A stretch of 64,000 bases of DNA from Octopus vulgaris (taxonomy: Eukaryota): contig OX597841.1 of the NCBI GenBank assembly GCA_951406725.2, positions 13,454,001-13,518,000 of the forward strand. Direction: 5' to 3'. A program made the position numbers and the translations under genes. Shown here one piece after another: positions 13,586 through 29,051 of the stretch (position 1 is the first letter of the stretch; every line of letters begins with the position of its first letter). Below the pieces are notes generated by a model. It searched no databases, was not told the DNA's origin, and worked only from the letters and a program-made list of their open reading frames with translations.

Positions 13586-15611
13586 CATATATACGACAGG
13601 CTTCTTTCAGTTTCTGTCTACCAAATCCACTCACAAGGCATTGGTCGGCCCGAGGCTATAGTAGAAGACACTTGCCCAAGGTGCCACACAGTGGGACTGA
13701 ACCCGGAACCATGTGGTTGGTTAGCAAGCTACTTACCACAAAAATAATAAAGTTAGTCTGCAGAAAAAAAATTCTCTTGTTGAAAGAATTGGCAATAATC
13801 AAACTAAACCTTTTTTTTTTTTTATTATATATAGTGATGTGTATATATATATATGTGTATATATATTTTGTGTTTCAGTGTCGTGATGGTATCATAGATG
13901 GAACCCACCCAGTCACACAAACAGAAGCCCTACAGTTTGCAGGCCTTCAATGCCAGATCCAGTTTGGTAATTACGTAGAAAGTAAACACAAACCTGGCTT
14001 CTTAGAGTGAGTACCATTTTTATTATTCCAGACAGTGTTTGTGTTTGAGACTATGTCATCCATTCACCACATCCCACCCCAATAAATCTAAGTACATCTC
14101 GTCATGCACCCTGCTACTCTTTCCCCACCAAATGCTCCTGCAGTCCAACTCTCCAATCAGCCGTATCATTCCACTCCTTCCTCCATACACAGCTGTGTTC
14201 ACCTCTCCTCTATCTCACACTCTCCTTCAGCACTCTCTTGAATCCCCTCCTCAATCATCCTCTCCAGTCCTCTCTACCATTCTACTTACACTCCTCTCCC
14301 TCATAGCACATTTTCACTGTCTCTCTCTATTTCTACTCAAACCTATCATCACCTGGTACAATCCACCTTACTCAATACTACTCCCTTTCCTATTTGCAGG
14401 ACCTTTGTCTTACAAGTTACTTATCATCACCTGGTACAATCCACCTTACTCAATACTACTCCCTTTCCTATTTGCAGGACCTTTGTCTTACAAGTTACTT
14501 ATCATCACCTGGTACAATCCACCTTACTCAATGCTACTCCCTTTCCTATTTGCAGGACCTTTGTCTTGCAAGTTACCTGGCAACCTCACTGCTGCTGGTG
14601 CCACAAAAATAAAAGCACCTGATACACTCTGTAAATTGATTTTCATTAGGAAGGGCATCCGGTCATAGAAACCATTCCAAAGCCGACAGTAGAGCTTGGT
14701 GTAGTCTTCTGACTTGCCAACTCCAGTCAAACTCCTGACCAGCCCATGCCAGCATACAGACATTAAGTGATGATGATGTTATGTACATATTTATTATTCT
14801 GTAAATAGATTGTGTTAATATGCTACCCATGGTTTCATGCAAAACTACCATCACAATTATTCAACCACAGTTTGAATAATACTTATGTCTTTATTGCCCA
14901 CAGGGCTAAACATAGAGGGGTCAAACAAAGACAAAAGGATTAAGTTGATTACATCGACTCCAGTGCGTAACTGGTACTTAATTTATCGACCCCGAGAGGA
15001 TGAAAGGCAAAGTCGACTTAGGCGGAATTTGAACTCAGAACGTAACAGCAGAGAAGATACCGCTAAGCATTTCGCCCAGTGTGCTAACGATTCTGCCAGC
15101 TCCCTACCCTTCAGTTTGAACAATGTTGGCAAACCGATCATATTTGCTCAATAATAAATGACACAAAGACGAAAGATTAAGTGGCTGCAAGGGAAGTAAT
15201 CATTCAAGGGTTATAATATTGATTATCTCCCTTTATGTGGTATGCTTTGCTAATCAGCGGCCGGTTTGATATATTAAATATGCATACAATTATGAGAGAT
15301 GAAAAGGGATTGTCTTTTAGGGAGAACTGGGGGCTTGTTGATTACATTGGGTAACCCTTAAGGGTTGATGCTACTGTAGCTTGTAGCCCCACAAAGATGT
15401 CTCCTCCAGCTGGCTATTGACACACTTTCTGCGCCCTTTGCAAATACTCATAGGGCACAGAAAGTGTATCAATAGCCAGCTGGAGGAGATGTCTTCGTGG
15501 GACTACAAGCTACAGTAGCATCCACCCTTAAGGGTGAGCCACATTTTGGTGGCAAATATACTTCACGATGTCGGGCAGCTACTTTTTATAATTCGCTCAG
15601 AGATTTATTAT

Positions 15612-15655
<44 letters not shown>

Positions 15656-17792
15656 TCACACACACATGCATACAATGGGCTTCTTTCTGTTTCCATGTAC
15701 TAAATCTATTTTCAAGGCTTTGGTAAGCCTGAGACTATGATAGAAGACACTTGCCCAAGGTGCCACGCAGTGGGATTGAACCTGGAACCAGGTGGTTAGG
15801 AAGCAAACTTCTTACCATGCAGCCACAGCTTCTCATTGTGCTTGTAAATGCCTGTTCTTTGGGTTTTTTTATATTTATGTTGTTGTTGTGGATATATTTG
15901 TAATTGTTGTTGTTGTCTTCCACCAGACTTAAAGAATTCCTCCCCAAAGAATATATCAAGATAAAAGGGATTGAAAAGAAGATATTTCAGGTGAGTGGAC
16001 CATTCTCGTTTGTTATACACACACACAGACACACACACACGCTTACATAAATTCACTCTCACAGACTTGCACTCATATTTGCAGGAGTCAATGCCTAATT
16101 ATATGTGAGTGCGTGCATCTCTGTGTGAATGTATATATAATAATATAAATATGTATATATGCATATATATACATATATATATGTACATACCTACATATAG
16201 ATGTAATCAAAAATAAAGGTGAGAAAATTGGATATTAATTTAATAATATCATCAATTTAACACCAAGTGGCTTAGTGCATAAAAACCGGGGATACAATAA
16301 AGTTTATACATAAATATAAGAGAGTGACCCCTATGTGGTCGACTCTAGCACTAAAAATAGATCCGCTATGGTTTCAACCACGAAGAATTGTTTCCGATGA
16401 AAATTAGCACAACTATTAGCATTAATGTAGATTAATTATACGTATAGATGTATATATACATGCGTATATGGGGTACAGGACATCAAAAAGACCGTGGAAC
16501 AAAATGAAAAACCAGAACATAAATAAGCAAAAACATGGAAAACGAACTTTTTTTCGGACATTTTGAGTGTGTCCAAACTCCACTTGTGAAGACCTGTTGA
16601 GGCAAGTGAAAATCAAAATTGTAATCTATCAACATCAATGGAATTTGTAGCTGTGATACCAGTGCCGGTGGCACGTAAGAGAACCATCCGAATGTGGCTG
16701 TTGCCAGCGCTGCCCGACTGGCCTCCGTGCCGGTGGCACGTAAAAAGCACCATCCAACCGTGGCCGTTGCCAGCTTCGTCTGGTCCCCGTGCCGGTGGCA
16801 CCTAAAAAGCACCATCCGATCGTGGCCGTCTGCCAGCCCCGTCTGGCACGTAAAAAGCACCCACTACACTCTCGGAGTGGTTGGCGTTAGGAAGGGCATC
16901 CAGCTGTAGAAACACTGCCAGATCAGATTGGGGCCTGGTGCAGCCTTCTGGCTTCCCAGACCCCAGTTGAACCGTCCAACCCATGCTAGCATGGAAAACG
17001 GACGTTAAATGATGATGATGATATATCAGGCACATGCCTTCAGTAATTACTCAGGGTAGGCAGTTGGTAACCTTTATGCAGTAAAACACACAAAAAATGA
17101 GCGAAATGCAGACACGCGACTGAGTTGGAAACTGGTCGAAGCCCATCGTATATGTACGTTTGTGGGGTGTGTCTGACCTCCACCATTGTTTGACAACCGG
17201 TGTTGGTGTGTTTACATCCCTGTAACCTAGCAGCTCAGCAATAGAGAGCAACGAATTAATTCCAGGCCTTAGAAATATGTAGTGGGGTCAATTTTTTTGA
17301 CTAAAAATTCTTGAAGGCGGTGCCCCAGCATGGCCACAGTCTTATGACTGAAACACGTAAATGAATAAAGCAATATATCCACATATGTACACACACACAC
17401 ACTGCCTACATAATGATGTCGTTTGTGTCTGTTGGTTACAGAGCAGCAATTGTGGAGACTTACAATGAAGAGGATAGTGATAAGTGAGGTACAAGTGAAT
17501 ATGTGGGGGAGGGATAGAGGACGGTGAGGGTGGGAACAGGGGGGCTGGGTTGGTGTGGCAAGAGCAATAGGAAGTGTGTGTGTGATGGGCGGAGGAATAC
17601 AAACTCTGTCTGTTTCCGTAAGAAGACAAACATAGTTATCTCTCAACACTTATTCTCTGTCTCCTTCGATATTTCTGTAGATTGGTCTCTGAGAATAATG
17701 TATACATCTACATACATTCACAAAGACGTGTGTGTGCGAGAGAGAGAGAGACACACACAGACATACAGTCTTTGTTAAAGTATGTGTGTGTG

Positions 17793-17831
<39 letters not shown>

Positions 17832-18666
17832 CTGTATTATATAAGTATGTATATATGACAGACATAACATATTAATGTATATGTGTGTATGTATATATAT
17901 ATATATATGTATGTATGTATATATATATATTCTTTGTTAATGAATGTGTGTATATATATACCTGTATGTATATATGCATGTGTGTGTGTGTATATGACTG
18001 ACAGACAGATATACACTTTCTTTGTTAATGTATGTCTGTATATTTCTATGTATAATTATGTATATATATGTGTGTGTGTGCTGACACTCATTCAGACATA
18101 TTATATACATATATATGTATATATATTCAGACATATTATATACATATATGCACACCATTTCATTACAGACTCGTTATTTATTGGAGCTATCGTTACCATC
18201 AAGAACGACTTAATTGTTTGGCTTAATTTCTCTGCATTCTTCCGTCTTTCATTAAATTCCGTTCACCCAGCATCTTTTGCCATCATCACGGTCATCGTCA
18301 TTTTAACATTCACCTTTTGTACTTCCATGGGTGTCTTCTACAATAGCTCTGGCTTCACCAAATCCTTGTGAACACATTTGGTAGCCGGGAACTTTAAGAA
18401 GACCATTACACACACGTGTATGTATATGTGTGTATGTGTGTGTGAGAGGTGAATTTCCAATTTCAAAATTAAGAAATGTCTCTCTTGAAAAAGTTAGGCA
18501 CGTGAATGGCTGTGTGGTAAGAAGCTTGTTTTCTAACCACACAGTTCCAGGTTCAGTCCCACTGTACTTTGGCACCTTGAGTAAAGTGTCTTTTACTATG
18601 GCCTCAGGCTAACCAAAGCCTTGTGAGTGGATTTGGTAGGCAGAAACTGAAAAGAAGCCCGTTGCA

Positions 18667-18720
<54 letters not shown>

Positions 18721-18898
18721 CATACACACATACACATGCACACATTTATGTATGTGTGTGTGTGTGTGTGTGTGTTTGTCTCCACTGCCTTCAGTTGACA
18801 ACTGATGTTGGTATGTTTACGTCCCCCATAACTTAGCAGTCCGGCAAAAGAGACCAATAGAATAAATACTAAGCTTACAACAAATAAGTCCTGGGACC

Positions 18899-18943
<45 letters not shown>

Positions 18944-18978
18944 GTATATATCTGTGTGTGCGCATATGTGTGTGTATG

Positions 18979-19020
<42 letters not shown>

Positions 19021-21580
19021 AAATGGGCACATTAGATAATGTATTCCTACATGTATTATATCTAAACACAAGTTGGGATGGTCATGGCTGGAACGCTTTT
19101 GATCATAGGTTTGCTGGATCAAGACCGACCTGAGATTAAACAAGGATGGGAGGGCACGTTATATAATGTAGTCCTAGGTACATTATGCCTGAATAAAAGG
19201 TGGGATGTTCCTGGCCGAAACACACATGGTTTGTTGGACCAGGACTGACCTGTGGTTAAACAACAACGCCAACATGAACAACAACAACAGCTGTTTTAAA
19301 GAAGGAACTAGCGACAGACAGACAGACAGACAAACGCCTATAGAAAAAGCTCCCTACCCCGGGGCCTCTTGGTGTGGCACCACTCAACTTCCTGAACGGC
19401 TCCAAAGAACAATTAGTTCACTATTTAGTACTCCTCCACCACCACCACCACCATCCTCACACACACCCTATTCCTCCTCCTCCCCTTCCTCTTCTTGCTG
19501 CATACTAGTGAGAACAGAGACATCTGTAATGCTACTACTACTGCTACTACTACTACTGCTACTACTGCTACTACTGCTACTACTGCTACTACTACTACTA
19601 CTACTACTGCTACTACTACTACTAGCTCCATTTGTGCTGCTACCAACCCCATCATCATCATCATCATCATCATCACTATCTCAGCATCACCAGAGCTCAC
19701 TAAGGAGACAGCTAGATGGTAATCGGACTTGGTAGAAATAGCAGCCAAATCTCCCTTGAACCACCTCTCTCCCTTTCTCTTTCTCTCTCTAACATATATA
19801 TATATATATATTCTTTTACTTGTTTGTCATTTGAATGTGGCCATGATGGAGCACTGCCTTTAGTCGAGGAAATCGACCCAGGACTTAGTCTTTGTAAGCC
19901 TAGTACTTATTCTATCAGTCTCCTTTTGCCAAGCAGCTAAGTTATGGGGACGTAAACACACCAGCATCGGTTGTCAAGCGATGGTGTAGGGGGCAAACAC
20001 AGACACACAAATATATGCATATATATATATATATATATATATATACCCATGCTAGCATGGAGAACGGACGTTAAATGATGATGATGATATATATATATAT
20101 ATAGGCTTCTTTTAGTTTCCGTCTGCCAAATTCAGCCACAAGACTTTGGTTGGCCCAAGGCTATATAATGCAAAACACTTGCCCTAGTTGCCACAGAGTG
20201 GGATTGATCCCAGAACCATGTGGTTGGGAAGCAAGATTCTTACCACACAACTATACATATACACACACATAAATATACATATATATTTTTCTCTCACTCT
20301 CTCTCAAATACACACTTTCTCTGTCCTGGACACACAGACAGACCATGCACACACACACACTTAAATGGTACAAAAGATCCTATTTGCTCAACCATAATAA
20401 ACGGAGGCTGTGTTCCTCGATGTCCCCCCCCCCCGCCGACCCTCGCACAAAGCCGTCTTTCAAGAGGTTCCCCAGTGCGAAAGTCATCATCTGACAGCAC
20501 AAAGAACGTCTCAGAAATCTTAAGTCTTCACCTAAGACTTCGAACCGAATTCCTCGACAATTTCCCATTGAAAGGACCCACCCTATACCCACACCCACCT
20601 GGCAGGTGCATGTATTGAGTACTCTCATCATCGTATTTCTTGTGCATTAACACAGCTCTATGTGTGTGTATATGTATGCATATACGTGTGTGTCTATATG
20701 TATGCATATGTGTGTGTACACATTTGTATATGAATGTGTATATATGTAATTATTTATATATATATATATGTGTGTGTGTGTGTATGTAAATATGTGTGTA
20801 TATGTAAATATATGTGTGTATATGTAAATATATATATGTATATATGTAAATATATATATATGTGTATATGTAAATATATATATATGTATATATGTAAATA
20901 TATATGTGTATATGTATGTACATTATCTGTGTGCAAATATGTGTGTGTGTGTGTATATGTATGTGTATATGTGTGTGTATTTTTGTTTCATTCTCAACCA
21001 AAACTGTCCGACAAAGAGGAACGTGAAACTCTGAGTAACAGTTTTTGTGATGTCTTTGCAGCTTTATTCGGACTGGAATCTGATTCCAGTCATCAGATTC
21101 CAGTCCGAATTCAGCTTGGTTTCTCTGGCTGGATGCCCTACATATACATATCATAGCTATTACATTAAACTCTCCTATGTCCAAATTTGACCACATGCAT
21201 TTTCTGTTTTCAATATTTACTTTTGCTTGCAATAGCTGGCCGTTTTGGTCAAACTATCGTATCTCCTGCCACTTCAGATGCCAAGGTATCAAAAATTGTC
21301 AAAGTGTAGTACAACGGTTTTGCTATGGAATGGTGAACCTATTTTTCCATTTTCTGAAAAAGCAACGTTTTGGACTTACAGCACTTTTGCATAACAACAA
21401 CAATATGTGTGTGTGTGTATATATATATATATGTGTGGTAAGTAGCTTGTTTACCAACCACATGGTTCCGGGTTCAGTCCCACTGTGTGGCATCTTGGGC
21501 AAGTGTCTTCTACTATAGCCTCGGGCCGACCAATGCCTTGTGAGTGGATTTGGTAGATGGAAACTGAAAGAAGCCCGTCG

Positions 21581-21613
<33 letters not shown>

Positions 21614-22737
21614 ATGTGTATGTTTGTGTGTCTGTGTTTGTCCCCCTAGCATTGCTTGACAACCGATGCTGGTGTGTTTACGTCCCCATCACTTAGCTGT
21701 TCGGCAAAAGAGACCGATAGAATAAGTACTGGGCTTACAAAGAATAAGTCCCGGGGTTGAGTTGCTCAACTAAAGGCGGTGCTCCAGCATGGCCGCAGTC
21801 AAATGACTGAAACAAGTAAAAGAGTAAAGAGTATATATACATACACACACACACACACACACACACGTGTGTGAGTGTATGTAGTGTAAGAAGAATAAGT
21901 TATAATTTGAGGGAGTTTTGGCTGTTATTTCTAGCAGCCTTAGTGACTATGCACAGCCTCTCTTGTTGTGATAGTCGTGGTGGTGGTGGTGGAGGTGGTG
22001 AGAAGCCGATGCATTGAGTGGGTGGACGTGTGTAGTGAGCAATGAAAATCCCGACACCACACCCTGCTAGTATTGCATACCACCCTCTGTATGTCCCAGC
22101 CCCCCCTCTACACACGACCCCCCTAAGGTGGGGTTGGGGGTGATGGGGGTCTCCTTTAACAGTGGAGTTATTGTCTTGATGCGAACACACACACACGCAC
22201 ACATACACACACACGCACACATACAAACACACACACATAGAAACACACACGCACACATAGAAACACACACACACACACACGCACAAATACAAACACACAC
22301 ACACACACACGCATGCATACAAACACACACGCATGCATACAAACACACACGCACACATACAAACACACACACACGCACACATACAAACACACACACACGC
22401 ACAAATACAAACACACACACGCACACATACAAACACATAAACGCATGTAGAAATATATACCAGCACTTGCATATGCACACACGCACGCACGCACACACTC
22501 CAATGCACGCACATGCATGCATGCACAAACACGCATGCGCACGCACTCTTGATGGTCCACATACACATATTTCACATGTAAACACATTCATTCACATATA
22601 TATATATATACACATTATACACACCAAATTCTACACTCTTCAAAAAATAATCTCTCCTGCAGAAAAGAATTACTCCATGTGTGTGTGTGTGTGTATATGT
22701 ATATACATGTAGATGTGTATTTGTGTGTATGTATGTA

Positions 22738-22772
<35 letters not shown>

Positions 22773-23517
22773 ATGGCGGTGCCCCAGCAAAATGGCAGTG
22801 CCCCAGCATGGCCACAGCTCGTGAGCTGAAACTAGATAAAATAAAAAAATATATATATACATACATATATACAAACAAACATACATACATACATACATAG
22901 TGGCTGTGTGGTAAGTAGCTTGCTAACCAACCACATGGTTCCGGGTTCAGTCCCACTGCGTGGCATCTTGGGCAAGTGTCTTCTGCTATAGCCCCGGGCT
23001 GACCAATGCCTTGAGTGGATTTGGTAGACGGAAACTGAAAGAAGCCTGTCGTATATATGTGTATATATATGTATGTTTGTGTGTCTGTGTTTGTCCCCCT
23101 AGCATTGCTTGACGACCGATGCTGGTGTGTTTACGTCCCCATCACTTAGCGGTTAGACCGATAGAATAAGTACTGGGCTTACAAAGAATAAGTCCTGGGG
23201 TCGAGTTGCTCGACTAAAGGCGGTGCTCCAGCATGGCCGCAGTCAAATGACTGAAACAAGTAAAAAAAGAGTAAAGAGTATATATATATATATATATATA
23301 TATATGGTGGGGGGGGCGGTATGACCATAAGGAACATAGCTACTGTGTTTATTATTCTGGGTGTATAACTCTTTTAGCACAGTGTGTATACATGTATATA
23401 ATGGAGGAGTGTGTATATGTATGGGTGTGTGTGAAAGATAATGGGTGTGTGTATGAATCAGAGATAGGGATAGTCATGCATGTATAAGAGATTGGTGGTA
23501 TATATGTACGTATATAT

Positions 23518-23569
<52 letters not shown>

Positions 23570-23683
23570 TTATATATATATACACACACACATCTATATA
23601 TATATACACACACATATATATACACACACACACACACGCACAAATACAAACACATACACACACACACACACATATATACACAC

Positions 23684-23714
<31 letters not shown>

Positions 23715-24193
23715 CACACACATATATGTACGTATATGTATATATATATAAGTATCAAAGATGGGGGTTGTATATATATATATGTGTGTGTGTATAAGGG
23801 GTAGATGTGCATTTGTATGTATAAGAAATAAGGGTGTGTGTTACATGAGATAGGAGTATATCTACAAGATTTAGGAGTGTATGTATGTGTATATGCAGAA
23901 GTAGTGTGTTGATGGATGTATATATGGATGTAGAAGTGCTTGGATGGATGGATATGATGATGATGATGATATATATATATGTATATATGTATGTATGTGT
24001 ATATGTGTATGTATATATATATATATGTATGTATGTATGCATGTATGTATATATGTATGTATGTATGCATGTATGTATATATGTATGTATGCATGTATGT
24101 ATGTATGCATGTATGTATATATGTGTGTATGTATGTATGTATATATGTATGCATATATGTATGTATATATGTATGTATATATATATGTATGTG

Positions 24194-24224
<31 letters not shown>

Positions 24225-27200
24225 TTATTTATATTAGTGTGTGTGTGAAGAATGCCCCCCCCACCACCACCACCACTTTATTTCGGTGTATCTGTGGTTG
24301 GTAGAGGTCTGCATGCCGTCTGTCTGTCTGTCTGTCTGGCTTTCTCTGAATAAGAACGAGCGAGAGGTATCGTCTTTCTTCTTCTTACATTCATTCAGAT
24401 GCTTGGAAAGACCCTCCCACCCCAGCCCATCCCTTCTCCTTCACTGCCATTTCTGTTAGTATTTCAGTAGTAGTAGTAGTAGTAGTAGTAGTAGGCCCTT
24501 TCAAGATTCCATTCCATTCCTCTTCGTAATCTTCTTTTCCTCAATCTGCGAAATGGAACTGACAAAAAAGGGCCATTTGTAGTCACTCGTTCTGCTAGAA
24601 ATAGTAGCCAAGACTCCCTCATTATCCAACTGTTTAATTATTTCAATTCTTCGTTTGCATATAATTATAATTACCGTTTGCCATTGTCATCGTTTTCCTT
24701 CTTCATCTTCTTGTTCTTGTTGCTGTTTTCCAGGAACACAAAACTCAGAATGGTTTATTGGATGTTGAAGCCAAAGTGAAATATACGCAATGCTGCCGAA
24801 ATCTCAAGACGTATGGAATCACATTCTTCTTAGTCAAGGTGAGTCTCTTCGTCTCAGATCCACAATTTCTCAATATAAACCCCATTTTGAGGGAATTGGT
24901 AAATAGATCGGTGCTAACATGGCTGTGCGGTAAGACACTTGCTTCACGTCCACGGGGTTTTAAGTTCAGTGCCACTGCATGGCACATTGGGCAAGTGTCT
25001 TCTAATATAGCTTTAGGTCGACTAAAGCCTTATGACTGGATTTGGTAGATGGAAACTGAAAGAAGCCCATCATGACATCATAATTTAATATCTGTTTTCC
25101 ATGCTGGCATGGGTTGGACGATTTGACATGAGCTGCCCAGGCTCTATGTCTGTTGTAGCATGGTTTCTGCAGCTGGATGCCCTTCCTAACATGCCAACCA
25201 CTTTATAGAATGTGTTGGGTGCTTTTACAGAGCACTGGCAGATTTGCTTTTTACGTGGCACCAGCACCCATGAGCCTGGGGGTGAGGGTCTTTCTGTTCA
25301 ACTGAAATTCTTGAAATGATGCCCCAGTCTAATGGTCACAATCTAATGACTAAAACAAGGCAAAGTCGAAAGATCAAAATCAAAAAATTAAATCCACAAT
25401 AATTAGTCTCAGCTCGTTAAATTCTCCCAAATTTATTACTTGTAGTAAACATAATTAGCTCAAACAACCAAGAGCAACATGTTTAGAATAAAAGCAAAAC
25501 AGCATAAATTCCATGTTTAGTTTGGTTTTTGTTCAACAGCTGTTTCATCCAGATAAACATCATTAACTCCACAATTACATAATTAAGATGCATATTGAGT
25601 TTATATAATAATTTATTAATGAATTAAATTTATTTATGTTAGTAGCATTAAGTGTTTATTGTTAACATTAGTAGTCTGTTAAATATTAATTATTAATGTG
25701 ATTAAAAATTAATATCTTATTCTTTGTTTTTGTTTTTTTCAGGAAAAAATGAAAGGAAAAAATAAACTGGTTCCTCGATTACTTGGAATCACCAAAGAAA
25801 GTGTTGTCAGAATGGATGAAAAAACTAAAGAAGTACATATTCTTCTTCTTCCTATTATTGGTTTGGTTTCAGGCAACAAGCTGGCAGAATCCTTAGCATG
25901 CCTGGCATGTCTTTACATTCTGAGTTAAAATTCTGTCGGGGTTGACTTTGCCTTTCATTCTGTCAGTCAGTGAAATAAGTACCAGTGGAATACTAGGGGT
26001 CAATGTAATCGACTATCCCCCTCCCTGCCCTGTCCCTTGATTTCAGACCTTGTGCCTTTAGCAGAAAGGATTATTGTTGACTTGGCTTAGGTATTTCGTC
26101 TGCCGTTATGTTCTGAGTTCAAATTCCGCCGAGGTCGACTTTGCCTTTCATCCTTTCGAGGTCGATTAAATAAGTACCAGTTATGCTCTGGGGTTGATAT
26201 AATCCTTGTGAATGAATTTGGTAGACAGAAACTGAAATTGGTGTTAGGAAGGGCATCCAGCTGTAGAAACACTGCCAGATCAGACTGGAGCCTGGTGCAG
26301 CCTCCTGGCTTCCCAGATCCCTGGTCGAACCGCCCAACCCATGCTAGCATGGAAAGCAGACGCTAAACGATGATGGTGATGAAACTGAAATATGCCTGTC
26401 AGGTGCAGGAATGGCTGTGTGGTAAGAAGCTTGCTTCCTAACCACATGGTTCTGGGTTCAGTCCCTCTGCGTGGCATCTTGGGAAAGTGTCTTCTACTAT
26501 AGCCTCTGGTCGACCAAAGCCATGTGTGTGGATTTGGTAGACGGAAACTGAAAGAAGCCCGTTGTGTGTGTGTTATTCTCTTGTCTTGACAGAAGTTTTA
26601 AACAAGCGTCTTTGTCCTTTGTTCTGTGAAAACATGTGCAGTCACCCGCAGATGGTATCACCTTGCTTGGAAATAGGTAGGACATTTGCTGCAACAAATT
26701 CCGTCTGACCCATGCAAGCATAGAAAAGTGGACCTTAAAACAATGACGTCAATGATACGTAAAGCAGTGAAAGAAAAAAAAAAATATAATTTAATGTGCA
26801 GTGTTTCAAGGGACGTAATTCTGTCAATCATCTCCCTTCCTTTTCTAATTTCTTTGCTCTCATAGACGTCCACGGGTTCGGCCCAGCCCCTTTTATCCAC
26901 CTTTGATGTGCTTGCTTGCTTGGCTTTAAATAGATGAGAGACGAGTAAATCTCTTTTTTCTTTTCCTATGACCATCCATACTGAGAGTTTCTAAGAAGCT
27001 CTCCTTTTCTTTCAAAGAATCTGCTCAGAACTTGCAGACCAACATTTGGTAGCTTTTGGAAGGAAGCTCTTTCAATGTCTTGGAGATGACAGCTAATCCA
27101 GGCATTTCTTTTTTCTTTGCAAGGTTTTACTCCCAAATTGTGAAACACTGGGGTTCAGAGAAACTGACTAGTTCCCCTCCAGCCCCCCAAGTTTCGGGCC

Positions 27201-28124
27201 TTGTTCCTTCAGTAGAAAGGATTATTATTATTATTATTCTATGTTTGACTTTTGCTTTATGTTTGTACAAGTTGGCTCCAAGTCTCACCCAGAGACCTCA
27301 AGAGACAACAGGTTGGAAATCCGTGATGTTGTTATGCCTAGGGTGCCATATATTTGGTTTTGTACTTAGTGTTGTACTAGTGAATGTCTAAAAAAAAACA
27401 TACGAAAATTATGTTTGTTTTAAAACTTGAGATTACATAGAAAGTATTTTGCGTAGGATATGAGCAGTTCCCATGAGCGCTCCCTTTTGAATTTCTGCCA
27501 TTTTGGGGTTTCCTGGTCTCTGAGTTAGGTAGCAATCAGCCCCTTTTGCTATTATTATTATTCTATGTTTGACTTTTGCTTTACATTTGCACAAGTTGGC
27601 TCCAAGTCTCACCCAGAGACCTCAAGAGACAACAAGTTGGACGTTCGTGTTGGTGTTATGCCTAGGGTGCCATATATTTGGTTTTGTACTTAGTGTTGTA
27701 CTAGTGAATGTCTAAAAAAAACATACGAAAATTATGTTTGTTTTAAAACTTGAGATTACATAGAAAGTATTTTGCGTAGGATATGAGCAGTTCCCATGAG
27801 CGCTCCCTTTTGAATTTCTGCCATTTTGGGGTTTCCTGGTATCTGAGCTAGGTAGCAATCAGCCCCTTTTGCTATCATTCCCAGGGCACCGATGACAACA
27901 GGTATTGTTTTAGTCTTCAGGTTCCACATTTTGCTGATTTCTATTTCAAGATCTTTATATTTGCTCATATTATATATATGCATATAATCTTTATATTATT
28001 ATCATTATTATTATATGGTTGACCTTTGCTTTGTATTTGTACAAGTTGGCTCCAAGTCATTTTGGGGTTTCCTGGTCTCTGAGTTAGGTAGCAATCAGCC
28101 CTTTTTGCTATCATTATTATTTGC

Positions 28125-28190
<66 letters not shown>

Positions 28191-29010
28191 ATGAATGGTT
28201 ATTTCCCTGAATGAAACATTGAACCTGTATTTCTTTCCCACAGATTATCATGACGTGGCCCCTCACAGCACTAAAGCGATGGGCACCATCCCCGAATAGT
28301 TTTACCCTGGTAAGTCTTTTTCTTTGATTTTTTTTGTGTGTCTTATTTGTGCCTCACTTCATATTTGCCCCTGGATGGGGCACCAGTCCACCATAATGAT
28401 GTTTCATTAACATATTTTGTCTTTTTTTCTTTTTTCTTTTTTCCTCCTGCTGGCCCCTTTCCCTTGCAGGATTTAGGGGACTATTCTAATGAATATTACT
28501 CAGTTCAAACGACGGAGGGGGAGCAAATTTCACAACTCATTTCTGGATATATTGATATTATCATGAGAAAGGTAAGTTTTGTTTTTCCTTTCATCATCAT
28601 CATCATCATCATCACCATCACCACCATCATTATCATCATCAATATTGTCATCACCACCATCATCATCATCACTGGACGAAATACTCAGCAGTATTTTCAA
28701 ACTCCACCCATCTAACACCCGTGGACATGTTTACAAAGTCAGAAAACAGCACAGCTCCTTCCGCGACTTTCGGAAACATTTTTCCACGCTAAGAGTTGCT
28801 GAAGCATGGAACAAACTGCCGGCATCAGTTGTTAGTTGTCGGAGCACTGCATCCTTCAAAACTTACCTGACTTTCTCCCCTCCATATACACACGCAAGCA
28901 TGTATCTGACTCATACACTGTTCACTTCCCAGACATTTGTACATTACTGCATATACTTTATACACACTTTGGACAAGTTGTGGTGCACCTGAGCACTGTA
29001 TACAATAATT

Positions 29011-29051
<41 letters not shown>

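Noticed and set aside
19205-19735. 176-aa ORF with poly-Leu and poly-Ser; TATA-like tatagaaaa near 19340
   Set aside because: Openness is due to trinucleotide repeats; no recognisable protein and insufficient promoter evidence.
21900-24304. Many long C/V/Y/I/H/T-rich ORFs (also 9334-9872, 47280-47946, 60513-61816)
   Set aside because: Translations of dinucleotide satellites.
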